Made by a program: the position numbers and the translations under genes. From IMG/VR virus record IMGVR_UViG_3300043425_000245: 64,000 nt of DNA, one strand, 5' to 3'. This document shows, piece after piece, positions 8,984-17,709 of this stretch. Position 1 is the first letter of the stretch. Each line of letters opens with the position of its first letter. The DNA is from a virus. Lineage: Duplodnaviria; Heunggongvirae; Uroviricota; Caudoviricetes. The notes under the pieces were generated by a model that was not told the DNA's origin, searched no databases, and saw nothing but the letters and a program-made list of their open reading frames with translations.

Positions 8984-10561
8984 ATGGCTGAAATTTATAA
9001 TAGTAATGCGAACTTAAAAGCTGCTGGTATTACCTTCCAATTTACTCCTGACCAAGTTCAGGAGTATGTTAAGTGCGCCCAAGACCCGATCTACTTTATT
9101 GAAAACTACTGCTACATTGTTACACTTGACTATGGTTTAAAACTATTCAAGTTGTATGATTGTCAAAAGAAAAAGATTGACATCATCCATAATAATCGTC
9201 GTGTTATTCTAATGGAAGGTCGTCAGCAAGGTAAGACGACTTCTTCTGCTGCATACATTCTTTGGTACACCCTATTCCAAGCTAACAAACAAGTGGCTAT
9301 CTTGGCTAACAAAGCTGCAGCCGCACGTGAAGTTTTGGATCGTTATCAGACAATGTATGAGCACTTACCTAAGTGGATGCAGCAAGGTGTTACTGGTTGG
9401 AACAAGGGTGACATTGAACTAGAAAACGGTTCTAAGGTATTCACTGCCGCTACAGGTAAGTCTGGTATTCGTGGTAAGTCCGTTAACATGTTGTACGTTG
9501 ACGAAGCTGCGATTATTCCAAACAACGTTGCCGAAGAATTTTTTACTGCGGTTTACCCAACTATTTCTGCTGGTCAAACTACTAAGATTCTACTGTCGTC
9601 TACACCACTAGGTTACAACCACTTCTGGCGTTTCTGGAATGATGCTGAGAACGACCGTAACGGTTTCGTTCCGTTGTTTATTCCTTATTGGGAAATCCCA
9701 GGTCGCGATGCTGCGTGGGCTGAAGAACAAAAACGTATGCTTGGCGAACTCAAGTTCAACCAAGAGGTTTTATGTAACTTTCTAGGTTCTAGCTTAACGT
9801 TAATCCGTGCTGACGTTATCGCTAAAATGACAGTTGATCAACCTATCCTAAGCAAGGATGGTTTAGACGTATTTCAGAGACCACAAAAGAACCATACTTA
9901 TTGTGGTGTTATTGATATTGCTGCTGGCGTTGAAGGCGACTCTTCAACTATTCAAATGATTGATATTACGGAAACACCATATCGTATCGTGGCTAAGTAC
10001 AGAAGAAACGATATTACACCATTGTTGTTCCCGTCAGTAATCTTCAAAGTAGCTTCTGAATACAACAACGCATTTATCCTGATTGAAACAAACGTTTCTG
10101 ATCAGGTTGCTCAGATTATGCACCAAGAACTAGAATATGAGAATATTCTTATGGTTTCAAGAGCCAACGGTGTTCAGGCTATCGGTGGTGGTTTCGGTGG
10201 GCAGAAGTCTCAGTTAGGTGTTAATACTGACAAACGTGTTAAGCGTATCGGTTGCCATAACTTCAAAGCTATGGTTGAAGAAGATAAACTTCTTATTACA
10301 GATCCAGACACTATTTCTGAAATCTCTACATTTATTGAAAAACGTGGCTCTTATGAAGCTGACGAAGGGTATCATGATGACTTGGTTATGCCTTTAGTTC
10401 TGTTTGGTTGGCTGACAACTCAGTCTTATTTCAAAGAACTAAATAACATTAATATGCGCAAGATTATGTATGAAAAGCAAATTAAGGCTATCGAAGAAGA
10501 TTTGACTCCGTTTGGATTCTATGATGACGGTAAACCTGAAGCCGATCCTTTGAATTTTTGA
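8984..10561 (+). CDS. Terminase large subunit gp17
   Basis: Walker A LMEGRQQGKTT (T4 gp17 SRQLGKT), 525 aa, located between gp15 and gp18. No small-terminase gene precedes it. Confidence 0.8.
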   Translation: MAEIYNSNANLKAAGITFQFTPDQVQEYVKCAQDPIYFIENYCYIVTLDYGLKLFKLYDCQKKKIDIIHNNRRVILMEGRQQGKTTSSAAYILWYTLFQANKQVAILANKAAAAREVLDRYQTMYEHLPKWMQQGVTGWNKGDIELENGSKVFTAATGKSGIRGKSVNMLYVDEAAIIPNNVAEEFFTAVYPTISAGQTTKILLSSTPLGYNHFWRFWNDAENDRNGFVPLFIPYWEIPGRDAAWAEEQKRMLGELKFNQEVLCNFLGSSLTLIRADVIAKMTVDQPILSKDGLDVFQRPQKNHTYCGVIDIAAGVEGDSSTIQMIDITETPYRIVAKYRRNDITPLLFPSVIFKVASEYNNAFILIETNVSDQVAQIMHQELEYENILMVSRANGVQAIGGGFGGQKSQLGVNTDKRVKRIGCHNFKAMVEEDKLLITDPDTISEISTFIEKRGSYEADEGYHDDLVMPLVLFGWLTTQSYFKELNNINMRKIMYEKQIKAIEEDLTPFGFYDDGKPEADPLNF

Positions 10562-10637
10562 GTGAAAACTACTAAAAACTAAATAAAATTGTAGACAGTT
10601 TTTGTCTAGGCAATCATTATAAACAAGGAGAACAACA

Positions 10638-13538
10638 ATGCCGTTTCAATTATCTCCAGGCGTTGCAGTCGTAGAAAAAGACTTTACTTCTATCGTTCCT
10701 GCCGTAGCAACCTCCATCGGAGCGTTTGCTGGTCAGTTCGACTGGGGTCCAGTTTTGGAACCAATCACAATTACCTCAGAAGATGAGTTAGTTCGTCGTT
10801 TTGGTACACCAAACAACAATAACTTTGAGTCTTGGTTTACAGCCGCAAACTTCCTATCTTATTCTAATAATCTATTACTAGTTAGACAACAGACAACTAA
10901 CATGAAGAACGCTGTTGTTACTCCATCAGGTTCTTTGACAACTGTCACTATGGAAGAAACTGGTTCTGGATACAACTCTTTAAGCGCAGCTCCTGCTGTT
11001 GGTATCTTCACTGAAGGTTTGATTAAAGAGATTACAATCACTAACCAAGGTACTGGTTACACAAACCCACCAGGTGTTGAAATTTTGGGTGGTGAAGGTA
11101 CTGGCTTCATTGGTCAAGCTAACATTTCTAATGGTAAAGTAATCAGCGTAACAGTTGTTACACCAGGTTACAACTACGTTAATCCAGTTGTTACATTCAC
11201 TGGTGGTAGCGGTACAGGTGCTGCAGCGAATGCTACAACACAAAACGTACAAGAAGATGGTGGCGTACAACCTACTGCGGTTGCTACTCTTTCTGGTGGC
11301 GCTATCACTTCTATCGGTATTACAGCTTCTGGTTCTGGTTACACAACTGCTCCAACTGTTTCTGTTGTCCCAGGCAGCGGTGACACTGGTTCTGGATGTA
11401 CAGCTACTGCAGTTCTTTCTGGTTCTGCTATCCAAAGCGCATCTGTAAGCAACGGTGGTTCTGGCTACTCATCTCCAACAGTATCTTTCACTGGTGGTGG
11501 GGGTTCTGGCGCTCAAGGTGTTGCAGTTCTAGCTGGTGGTTTATCTTCTATCACTATTATCAACGCAGGTTCTGGTTACACAACTGAACCAACTATCACT
11601 ATCACTGGTGGCGGTGGTTCTGGCGCAACTGCAGTTGCAACAACTAACGGTAATATCATTACTGCTATTTCTATTGTTAGCGCAGGTTCTGGATACACTT
11701 CTGAGCCAGCTATCACTATTACTGGTGGTGGCGGTACTGGTGGTGTGGCTGACGCTGTTGTTGGTTACTCACAAATCGCTTCTATTACTATCCAAAACGG
11801 TGGTTCTGGATACACTTCTGCTCCAGTTGTAAACATTGAAGACCCAACAGGTGACGGTGCTTCTGCTACTGCAGTTATTGGTACTAGCTCTATCGCTTCT
11901 ATCAGTATCGTTTCTGGTGGTACTGGTTACAAGAAACTTCCAGTTGTTACTATCACTGGTGGCGGTGGTTCTGGTGCAACAGTTGGTGCGATCACTGTTG
12001 GTCCATCTTCTATCCAAAGCATCACAGTAACTGAAGGTGGTACTGGTCTTTCTGCTGCTCCAGCTGTTATTGTAGCTGATGCACCAGAAGGTGGTACAAC
12101 TGCTCTAGCCTCTGGTACAATTACTACTGCTGGTGTTGCTATCCTTAATGGTCAATTCTACTCTGCTAACTTTATCAATGGCGCTGGCGTTACTGGTGAG
12201 TGGGCTGCTAAGTACCCAGGAAAACTAGGTAACACTCTAAAAGTTTCTATGGCTGACTCTGCATCTTATGCTTCTTGGGCATATAGAGACGAGTTCGACG
12301 CTGCTCCAGGAACATCTGAAGGTGCTGCAGTTATCGGCGGTTCTAACGACGAAATGCACATTATCGTTATCGACGAAAAGGGTTATATCTCTGGCGTTGA
12401 AAACGCTGTTCTAGAAAAGTACGCTTTCGTATCTAAGGCTTCTGATAACAAGAAACCAGACGGTACAAACAACTACTACAAAGACGTTATCAACTCTCGT
12501 TCTGAGTGGTTGTGGTGGACTGATCACACTGACCAAGTTGTTGGTGGTTATGACGCTTCTAACTGGGGTCAACCAATGGCTGGAACTGCGTTCAAGTCAA
12601 TGACTGCGCCTCTAACACAATCTCTATCTGGTGGCTTCGATGATGCCTCTGGTACTGACGGTCAACGTATGACTGCTTATGAGATTTTTGCTAACGCTGA
12701 GTTGTATGATATCAACCTAATCATGGCTGGTAAAGCAAATCCAACTGTTGCAAATTACATCATCGACAACGTTGCATTGGAGCGTTTGGATGCTGTTGTG
12801 TTCGTATCTCCAGAAGACATTCAAACTGAACAAGTTATTATCGGTGATAATTCTTCTTCTGTTGATAAGATCATCGCTTATCGTAACGAGTTGAACTCTA
12901 ACTCTTACACTGTGCTTGATTCTGGCTTCAAATACCAATATGACCGCTACAACGACGTGTATCGTTGGGTTCCATTGAACGGTGACGTTGCTGGTCTATG
13001 TGCACGTACTGACTACACTAACGATCCATGGTGGTCTCCAGGTGGTCTAAACCGTGGTCAAATCAAGAACGTTGTTCGCTTGTCTTGCAACCCTAACCAA
13101 ACTAACCGTGACAACTTGTATCGTAACGCTGTTAACCCAGTTGTTACTTTCCCAGGTCAAGGTACTGTATTGTTCGGTGATAAGACTCTATTGGCTAAAC
13201 CAAGTGCTTTCGATCGTATCAACGTTCGTCGCTTGTTTATCGTTCTTGAGAAGTCTATCTCTACAGCTGCTAAATTCCAGTTGTTTGAGTTCAACGATGC
13301 GTTCACTCGCGGTCAGTTCAAGAACTTGATTGAGCCGTTCCTACGTGACGTACAAGGTCGTCGTGGTATTACTGACTTCCTAGTTAAGTGTGATGAGTCT
13401 AACAACACTGGTGAGGTTATCGATCGTAACGAATTCGTTGCCGATATCTTCGTTAAACCAACTCGTTCTATCAACTTTATTACTCTTAGCTTCGTTGCCG
13501 CTCGTTCAAGCATCGCCTTTAGCGAAATCGGTGGCTAA
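10638..13538 (+). CDS. Tail sheath protein gp18 with a large internal tandem-repeat insertion
   Basis: N-terminus MPFQLSPGVAVVEKDFTSIVPAVATSIGAFAGQFDWGP...LVRRFGTP...FLSYSNNLLLVR matches T4 gp18 MTLLSPGIELKETTVQSTVVNNSTGTAALAGKFQWGP...LVNTFGQP...FLQYGNDLRVVR. 966 aa versus 659 aa in T4. Confidence 0.85.
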   Translation: MPFQLSPGVAVVEKDFTSIVPAVATSIGAFAGQFDWGPVLEPITITSEDELVRRFGTPNNNNFESWFTAANFLSYSNNLLLVRQQTTNMKNAVVTPSGSLTTVTMEETGSGYNSLSAAPAVGIFTEGLIKEITITNQGTGYTNPPGVEILGGEGTGFIGQANISNGKVISVTVVTPGYNYVNPVVTFTGGSGTGAAANATTQNVQEDGGVQPTAVATLSGGAITSIGITASGSGYTTAPTVSVVPGSGDTGSGCTATAVLSGSAIQSASVSNGGSGYSSPTVSFTGGGGSGAQGVAVLAGGLSSITIINAGSGYTTEPTITITGGGGSGATAVATTNGNIITAISIVSAGSGYTSEPAITITGGGGTGGVADAVVGYSQIASITIQNGGSGYTSAPVVNIEDPTGDGASATAVIGTSSIASISIVSGGTGYKKLPVVTITGGGGSGATVGAITVGPSSIQSITVTEGGTGLSAAPAVIVADAPEGGTTALASGTITTAGVAILNGQFYSANFINGAGVTGEWAAKYPGKLGNTLKVSMADSASYASWAYRDEFDAAPGTSEGAAVIGGSNDEMHIIVIDEKGYISGVENAVLEKYAFVSKASDNKKPDGTNNYYKDVINSRSEWLWWTDHTDQVVGGYDASNWGQPMAGTAFKSMTAPLTQSLSGGFDDASGTDGQRMTAYEIFANAELYDINLIMAGKANPTVANYIIDNVALERLDAVVFVSPEDIQTEQVIIGDNSSSVDKIIAYRNELNSNSYTVLDSGFKYQYDRYNDVYRWVPLNGDVAGLCARTDYTNDPWWSPGGLNRGQIKNVVRLSCNPNQTNRDNLYRNAVNPVVTFPGQGTVLFGDKTLLAKPSAFDRINVRRLFIVLEKSISTAAKFQLFEFNDAFTRGQFKNLIEPFLRDVQGRRGITDFLVKCDESNNTGEVIDRNEFVADIFVKPTRSINFITLSFVAARSSIAFSEIGG
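10957..12090 (+). repeat. In-frame tandem repeats (about 10 units of 114-120 nt, 38-40 aa) inside gp18
   Basis: Recurring unit ...I(T/S)SI(T/S)IxxxG(S/T)GY(T/S)xxPx(V/I)TITGGGGSGAxAVAT... Recurring DNA cores ggttctggttacac / actggtggcggtggttctgg at 11333, 11455, 11569, 11686, 11800 and 11917. Confidence 0.8.
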
Positions 13539-13546
13539 TATTAGAT

Positions 13547-13570
13547 GAGGGGAAGAAATTCCCCTCGTTT
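13547..13570 (+). terminator. Intrinsic terminator after gp18
   Basis: GAGGGGAA-GAAA-TTCCCCTC hairpin followed by GTTTAAAA. Confidence 0.6.
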
Positions 13571-13608
13571 AAAACGAATAAATATAAGTAATAACAAGGA
13601 GATTTTAA

Positions 13609-14196
13609 ATGGCAAATATTGCTGACTTTAAAGCCCAGATGATCGGTGGTGGTGCACGTCCGAACCAATTCAGAGTTGAGTTGACTTTCCCATCATTCGT
13701 TACACTAGGTGTTATTGCTGGTCAGAGAGCACAGTTCCTATGCCGTGCTGCATCTTTACCTGCATCAACTATTGAAACAATTTCAATCCCGTATCGTGGT
13801 CGTCCAGTGAACTTCGCTGGTGAGCGTTCATTCCAACCTTGGACTGTTTCGATCTACAACGATACAACTTTCAACATCCGTAATGCTCTTGAGCAATGGC
13901 AATCTGGTATTCAACAATACAATACAACTAACGGTCGTACTAACCCTACTGACTATCAAGTTGACTTGTCTGTTCACCAGTTAGACCGTAACGGTGCAAC
14001 TATCAAATCGTACAAGTTTACTGATGCGTTCCCAACTAACATTGGCGCCATCACTCTTGACTACGAACAACAAAACGCTATTGAACAATTCGACGTTGAA
14101 TTCGTTTACAACTTCTTCACTTCTAATGAAGGTGCTGGTGCTAGCTTCGGTATTAATACTACTATCAATACTCCAGTTGGTAGCTTCCCAGTTTAA
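13609..14196 (+). CDS. Tail tube protein gp19
   Basis: ARPNQFRVEL...FLCRAASLPASTIETISIPYRGRPVNFAGERSFQPWTVSIYND matches T4 gp19 ARPNLFQVEI...FQCKATALPAGIVEKIPVGFMNRKINVAGDRTFDDWTVTVMND. An AATAAATA late-box-like sequence lies at 13577-13584. Confidence 0.85.
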   Translation: MANIADFKAQMIGGGARPNQFRVELTFPSFVTLGVIAGQRAQFLCRAASLPASTIETISIPYRGRPVNFAGERSFQPWTVSIYNDTTFNIRNALEQWQSGIQQYNTTNGRTNPTDYQVDLSVHQLDRNGATIKSYKFTDAFPTNIGAITLDYEQQNAIEQFDVEFVYNFFTSNEGAGASFGINTTINTPVGSFPV

Positions 14197-14216
14197 TCTA
14201 GAAGGATAAGTATATA

Positions 14217-15947
14217 ATGCAGCTTTTTGGCTTTGAAATCAAACGTGCGAAAGATGAGCAGGTTCTACCGATTCCTTCGGTAGTTCCTCCATCGAACCAA
14301 GACGGCTCCACCATAGTAAACACTGGCGTAAATGCTGGTGGATACTATGGCATGGTTGTCGACTTAGATGCATCCCTAAAAAACGAAAACGACCTTATTC
14401 GTCGATATCGTGAAATTTCCCAGTACACCGATTGTGATGCTGCTATTGAAGACATCATAAACGAGGCACTTATCTCCGATGAAACTAAACAACCTATCGA
14501 GATTATTCTTGATGACCTAAAAGTTTCAGCTGGAATTAAAAATAAAATCTCTGACGAGTTTAGAGAAGTCCTTAGACTATTAAAGTTTAATGACCGTGGT
14601 CATGAGATCTTCCGTCAATGGTATGTTGATGGACGTTTATATTACCAAGTCTTACTGGACGAAACTAACGTCAAGGCTGGTATTCAAGAATTACGATATA
14701 TTGATCCACGTAAGATTCGCAAGATCAAGAATATCAAAAAAGAAAAGACACCTCAAGGTGTTGAAATTGTTAGAACTATGGAAGAGTTCTACCTTTACAA
14801 TGATAAGGGTATGAGCGAGCAGTCTACACAAGGTGTAAAACTTCCAATTGATTCTGTGGTTCACTGTCCATCAGGTGTTATGGATATGAACTCTGGTATG
14901 ACGCTTTCCCATTTACACAAAGCGATCAAGCCAACTAACCAATTAAAGATGATTGAAGACTCTTTAGTCATCTATCGTATTTCACGTGCACCAGAACGTA
15001 GAATTTTCTATGTTGACGTTGGTAACTTACCAAAGCTAAAAGCTGAACAGTATGTTAACGACATCATGAACAAGTTCCGTAACAAGATTGTTTATGACGC
15101 AACTACTGGTGAAACACGTGACGATCGCCGTCACCTATCTATGATGGAAGACTTCTGGATGCCTCGCCGTGAAGGTGGTAAAGGTACAGAGATTTCTACT
15201 CTACCAGGTGGTCAAAACTTAGGTGCGATCGAAGACATCGAATACTTCCAGAACAAACTATACCATTCATTGAACGTTCCTGTTAGCCGTATGCAACAGT
15301 CTGAAGGTTTTAGTATTGGTCGTTCAAACGAAATTACTCGTGATGAAGTTAAGTTCAACAAGTTTATTGTTAGACTTCGCAAGAAGTTTGCCGTACTGTT
15401 CTTGGAATCTCTAAAGGTTCAACTAGTTGCAAAGAACATTATCAACATTAGAGAGTGGGACGATATTCGTCAAGGTATTCGTTTTGACTACCTAGAAGAT
15501 AACCACTACGCTGAACTAAAAGACGCTGAATTACTAACACAACGTGTTACTCTATTACAACAGATTGAACCATTCATTGGTCGTTTCTACTCTGACGAGT
15601 GGATCAAGCGTAACCTATTGCGCATGACTGATGATCAAATTGAGTTGATGGATAAGCAAATTCAAGCAAGTCTACAAACTAATATCACGTTCGCTCAGAA
15701 CAAGGGTGACCAACAGTTGGCTCAACAACAGCCTACTATGGAATTCCAAGCTCAACAGCAACAGGCTCAAATGCAACAACAAGCTGCAATGCAGCAAGGG
15801 CAAGCTGCTCCAGCCGCACAACCAGCTACTGCTCAACAGAAGGCTGCTTCTGAAGCAAAAGCTCAAAAGTCTGCTGATAAGAGCGAAAAGCGTGAAGGTA
15901 AAACTACTGCCACTGGCGAACAAAAAAGCGGCAATTGGCCACAATAA
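14217..15947 (+). CDS. Portal vertex protein gp20
   Basis: FRQWYVDGRLYY matches T4 gp20 FRRWYVDSRIFF. LSHLHKAIKPTNQLKMIEDSLVIYRISRAPERRIFYVDVGNLP matches [40 protein letters not shown]. Confidence 0.9.
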   Translation: MQLFGFEIKRAKDEQVLPIPSVVPPSNQDGSTIVNTGVNAGGYYGMVVDLDASLKNENDLIRRYREISQYTDCDAAIEDIINEALISDETKQPIEIILDDLKVSAGIKNKISDEFREVLRLLKFNDRGHEIFRQWYVDGRLYYQVLLDETNVKAGIQELRYIDPRKIRKIKNIKKEKTPQGVEIVRTMEEFYLYNDKGMSEQSTQGVKLPIDSVVHCPSGVMDMNSGMTLSHLHKAIKPTNQLKMIEDSLVIYRISRAPERRIFYVDVGNLPKLKAEQYVNDIMNKFRNKIVYDATTGETRDDRRHLSMMEDFWMPRREGGKGTEISTLPGGQNLGAIEDIEYFQNKLYHSLNVPVSRMQQSEGFSIGRSNEITRDEVKFNKFIVRLRKKFAVLFLESLKVQLVAKNIINIREWDDIRQGIRFDYLEDNHYAELKDAELLTQRVTLLQQIEPFIGRFYSDEWIKRNLLRMTDDQIELMDKQIQASLQTNITFAQNKGDQQLAQQQPTMEFQAQQQQAQMQQQAAMQQGQAAPAAQPATAQQKAASEAKAQKSADKSEKREGKTTATGEQKSGNWPQ

Positions 15948-15965
15948 CACTATGAAGGAAAAATT

Positions 15966-16154
15966 ATGTCTACAACATTAGAATTAATTAACGCTATCGC
16001 GAGCGGTAATGCAGTTGACACTGAAGGTGCTTTTAACGCAGCTATGGCAGAAAAGATTTCTGCAAAGCTAGACGATTTGCGTGTTAACATCGCGCACAAT
16101 ATGTTTAACGCTGTTGCACCACAAGAAGAATCTGGCGCAGAAGAACAAGAGTAA
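15966..16154 (+). CDS. Prohead core protein gp67-like
   Basis: 62-aa acidic protein immediately downstream of the portal gene, as T4 gene 67. Confidence 0.5.
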   Translation: MSTTLELINAIASGNAVDTEGAFNAAMAEKISAKLDDLRVNIAHNMFNAVAPQEESGAEEQE

Positions 16155-16155
16155 T

Positions 16156-16581
16156 ATGCACTTTAAGCAATTCATTTCTACTATGAGACAGAAACATCAA
16201 GAGCAGCAGAACGCTTCTCTTGTTGAAGAAGTCACTAAAGAAATTTATGAAGAAATACCAAACACCAAGGTAGCTGAGATCATCAAAGAGTATCACGAAG
16301 TAAAAGTTACTGATACGCTTATTGAATCATACTTGGAATTGGCTTCATCTAATATCTTTTCAGTAGATCCAGTTATCTGCGAGTTGCGCAAGTACAACAA
16401 ATTAGACCGCTTGGTCGAAGGTAAACTAAACTACACGTTGAATGACGGTACAGTAATTGCTATTAGCGAGTCAACGCAAGATTACCTAAATACCTTATTA
16501 TGTAATCAAAACGAAATAATTGAGTATATGAGAGAGTCTAAACAGAACTTCTTATATGTACTTGAAAGAATCGGGGAATAA
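16156..16581 (+). CDS. Prohead core protein gp68-like
   Basis: Position between gp67 and gp21. Start taken at ATG 16156, one nucleotide after the gp67 stop. Confidence 0.45.
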   Translation: MHFKQFISTMRQKHQEQQNASLVEEVTKEIYEEIPNTKVAEIIKEYHEVKVTDTLIESYLELASSNIFSVDPVICELRKYNKLDRLVEGKLNYTLNDGTVIAISESTQDYLNTLLCNQNEIIEYMRESKQNFLYVLERIGE

Positions 16582-16584
16582 CAA

Positions 16585-17013
16585 ATGGCAATGACATTTA
16601 CCACTGTCAAGAATACTAACCAAGAGACTGTGATTCACTTCACATCTTCTGCTGCTGAGTCAGGCACTATTACTATTGCCGATTTGGCTGCTGCTTCTCA
16701 AGCACGTAACTCTGATACACCTAACGTTACAATCGTTAAGTGGAGCGTGCATGGAGAGCTTGGTTCTAAAGTAACTATCAATCGCAATAGCAAAATCGTT
16801 ATTGCTTGCGCTCCAGAGAATGCTCCATATATGGAAGCTAACTCTTGGGGTATTCCAATCAACAACGATGCTACTTACGATATCGTTGTAACTAACGGTG
16901 CAGCTAAAGACGTATCAGGTTTCTTGGTATTGCGTAAAGTTGCTGGTTGGTCAACTAAAGTTGAAACTGCTACTTATAGCGTTTATGATGATACAACTGC
17001 AGTAGGAAGCTAA
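16585..17013 (+). CDS. Hypothetical protein, paralog of 61803..62288 (conserved C-terminus ...GW(S/T)(T/S)KVET..YS(V/I)YD(D/N)TTAVGS)
   Basis: Full-length similarity to ORF 61803..62288: TVKNTNQETVIHF vs ILKNTETEAVVKF; C-termini KVAGWSTKVETATYSVYDDTTAVGS vs KMGWTSKVETSQFSIYDNTTAVGS. Inserted between gp68 and gp21. Confidence 0.6.
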   Translation: MAMTFTTVKNTNQETVIHFTSSAAESGTITIADLAAASQARNSDTPNVTIVKWSVHGELGSKVTINRNSKIVIACAPENAPYMEANSWGIPINNDATYDIVVTNGAAKDVSGFLVLRKVAGWSTKVETATYSVYDDTTAVGS

Positions 17014-17014
17014 A

Positions 17015-17665
17015 ATGAAACTAATTAAAGAAGTATTCGACACAACTAATCTTATCGTTGAAGGTAAAAACGGTAAGAAGGATTACTTTATTGAAGGTAT
17101 CTTCCTTCAATCAGCTCTAAAGAACCGCAACGGTCGTATGTATCCAGAACATGTTATGGATAGAGAAGTCGGTCGTTATATGCAAGAGTCAGTAAAAATG
17201 AATCGCGCATACGGTGAATTAGGTCACCCAGATACTCCAAGCATTAATCTTGACCGTGTATCCCACATGATCGTTGACCTTCGTAAAGAAGGTACTAACT
17301 ACATTGGTCGCGCAAAGATTATGGAAACCCCAATGGGTAATATTGCACGTGGTCTACTAGACGGCGGAGCAAACCTTGGTGTTTCATCCAGAGCACTTGG
17401 TTCATTAAAAATGAACAATGAAGGTGTTAATGTGGTGCAAGATGACTTCATGTTATCTACTGCCGCTGACATCGTTGCTGACCCATCTGCTCCAGACGCT
17501 TATGTCCGTGGTATCATGGAAAGCAAGGAGTGGGCTTTTGTGGATGGAAAATTTGTGGAAAGAGATATTGAGGAAACTCAGAAGTTTATTCGTAAGGCAT
17601 CAAGCAAGCAATTGCAAGAAGCTAAAGTAATAGCCTTCCAACATTTCCTGAGTAAAATTAAATAA
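17015..17665 (+). CDS. Prohead core protein protease gp21
   Basis: YFIEGIFLQSALKNRNGRMYPEHV matches T4 gp21 LYIEGIFMQAEVVNRNKRLYPKRI. GELGHPDTPSINLDR matches GELNHPPRANVDP. Confidence 0.85.
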   Translation: MKLIKEVFDTTNLIVEGKNGKKDYFIEGIFLQSALKNRNGRMYPEHVMDREVGRYMQESVKMNRAYGELGHPDTPSINLDRVSHMIVDLRKEGTNYIGRAKIMETPMGNIARGLLDGGANLGVSSRALGSLKMNNEGVNVVQDDFMLSTAADIVADPSAPDAYVRGIMESKEWAFVDGKFVERDIEETQKFIRKASSKQLQEAKVIAFQHFLSKIK

Positions 17666-17667
17666 TT

Positions 17668-17675
17668 TATAAATA
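17668..17675 (+). promoter_or_regulatory. T4-type late promoter box TATAAATA upstream of gp22
   Basis: Exact TATAAATA 35 nt upstream of ATG 17710. Confidence 0.5.
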
Positions 17676-17709
17676 ATCTTATAGAACTATCCAGTTAGGA
17701 GAACAACCG

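Noticed and set aside
11155-12030. Plus-strand alternative-frame ORFs inside the gp18 repeat region (11155..11448, 11396..11587, 11536..11832, 11836..12030) with Leu/Val-rich translations
   Set aside because: Artefacts of the stop-poor repetitive GGT/TCT/ACT-rich DNA. The in-frame gp18 reading is supported by sheath homology on both sides.
10957-12090. Possible CRISPR array suggested by regular about 115-nt periodicity
   Set aside because: Repeats are imperfect, in-frame coding units without unique spacers, inside a continuous sheath ORF. There are no cas genes.
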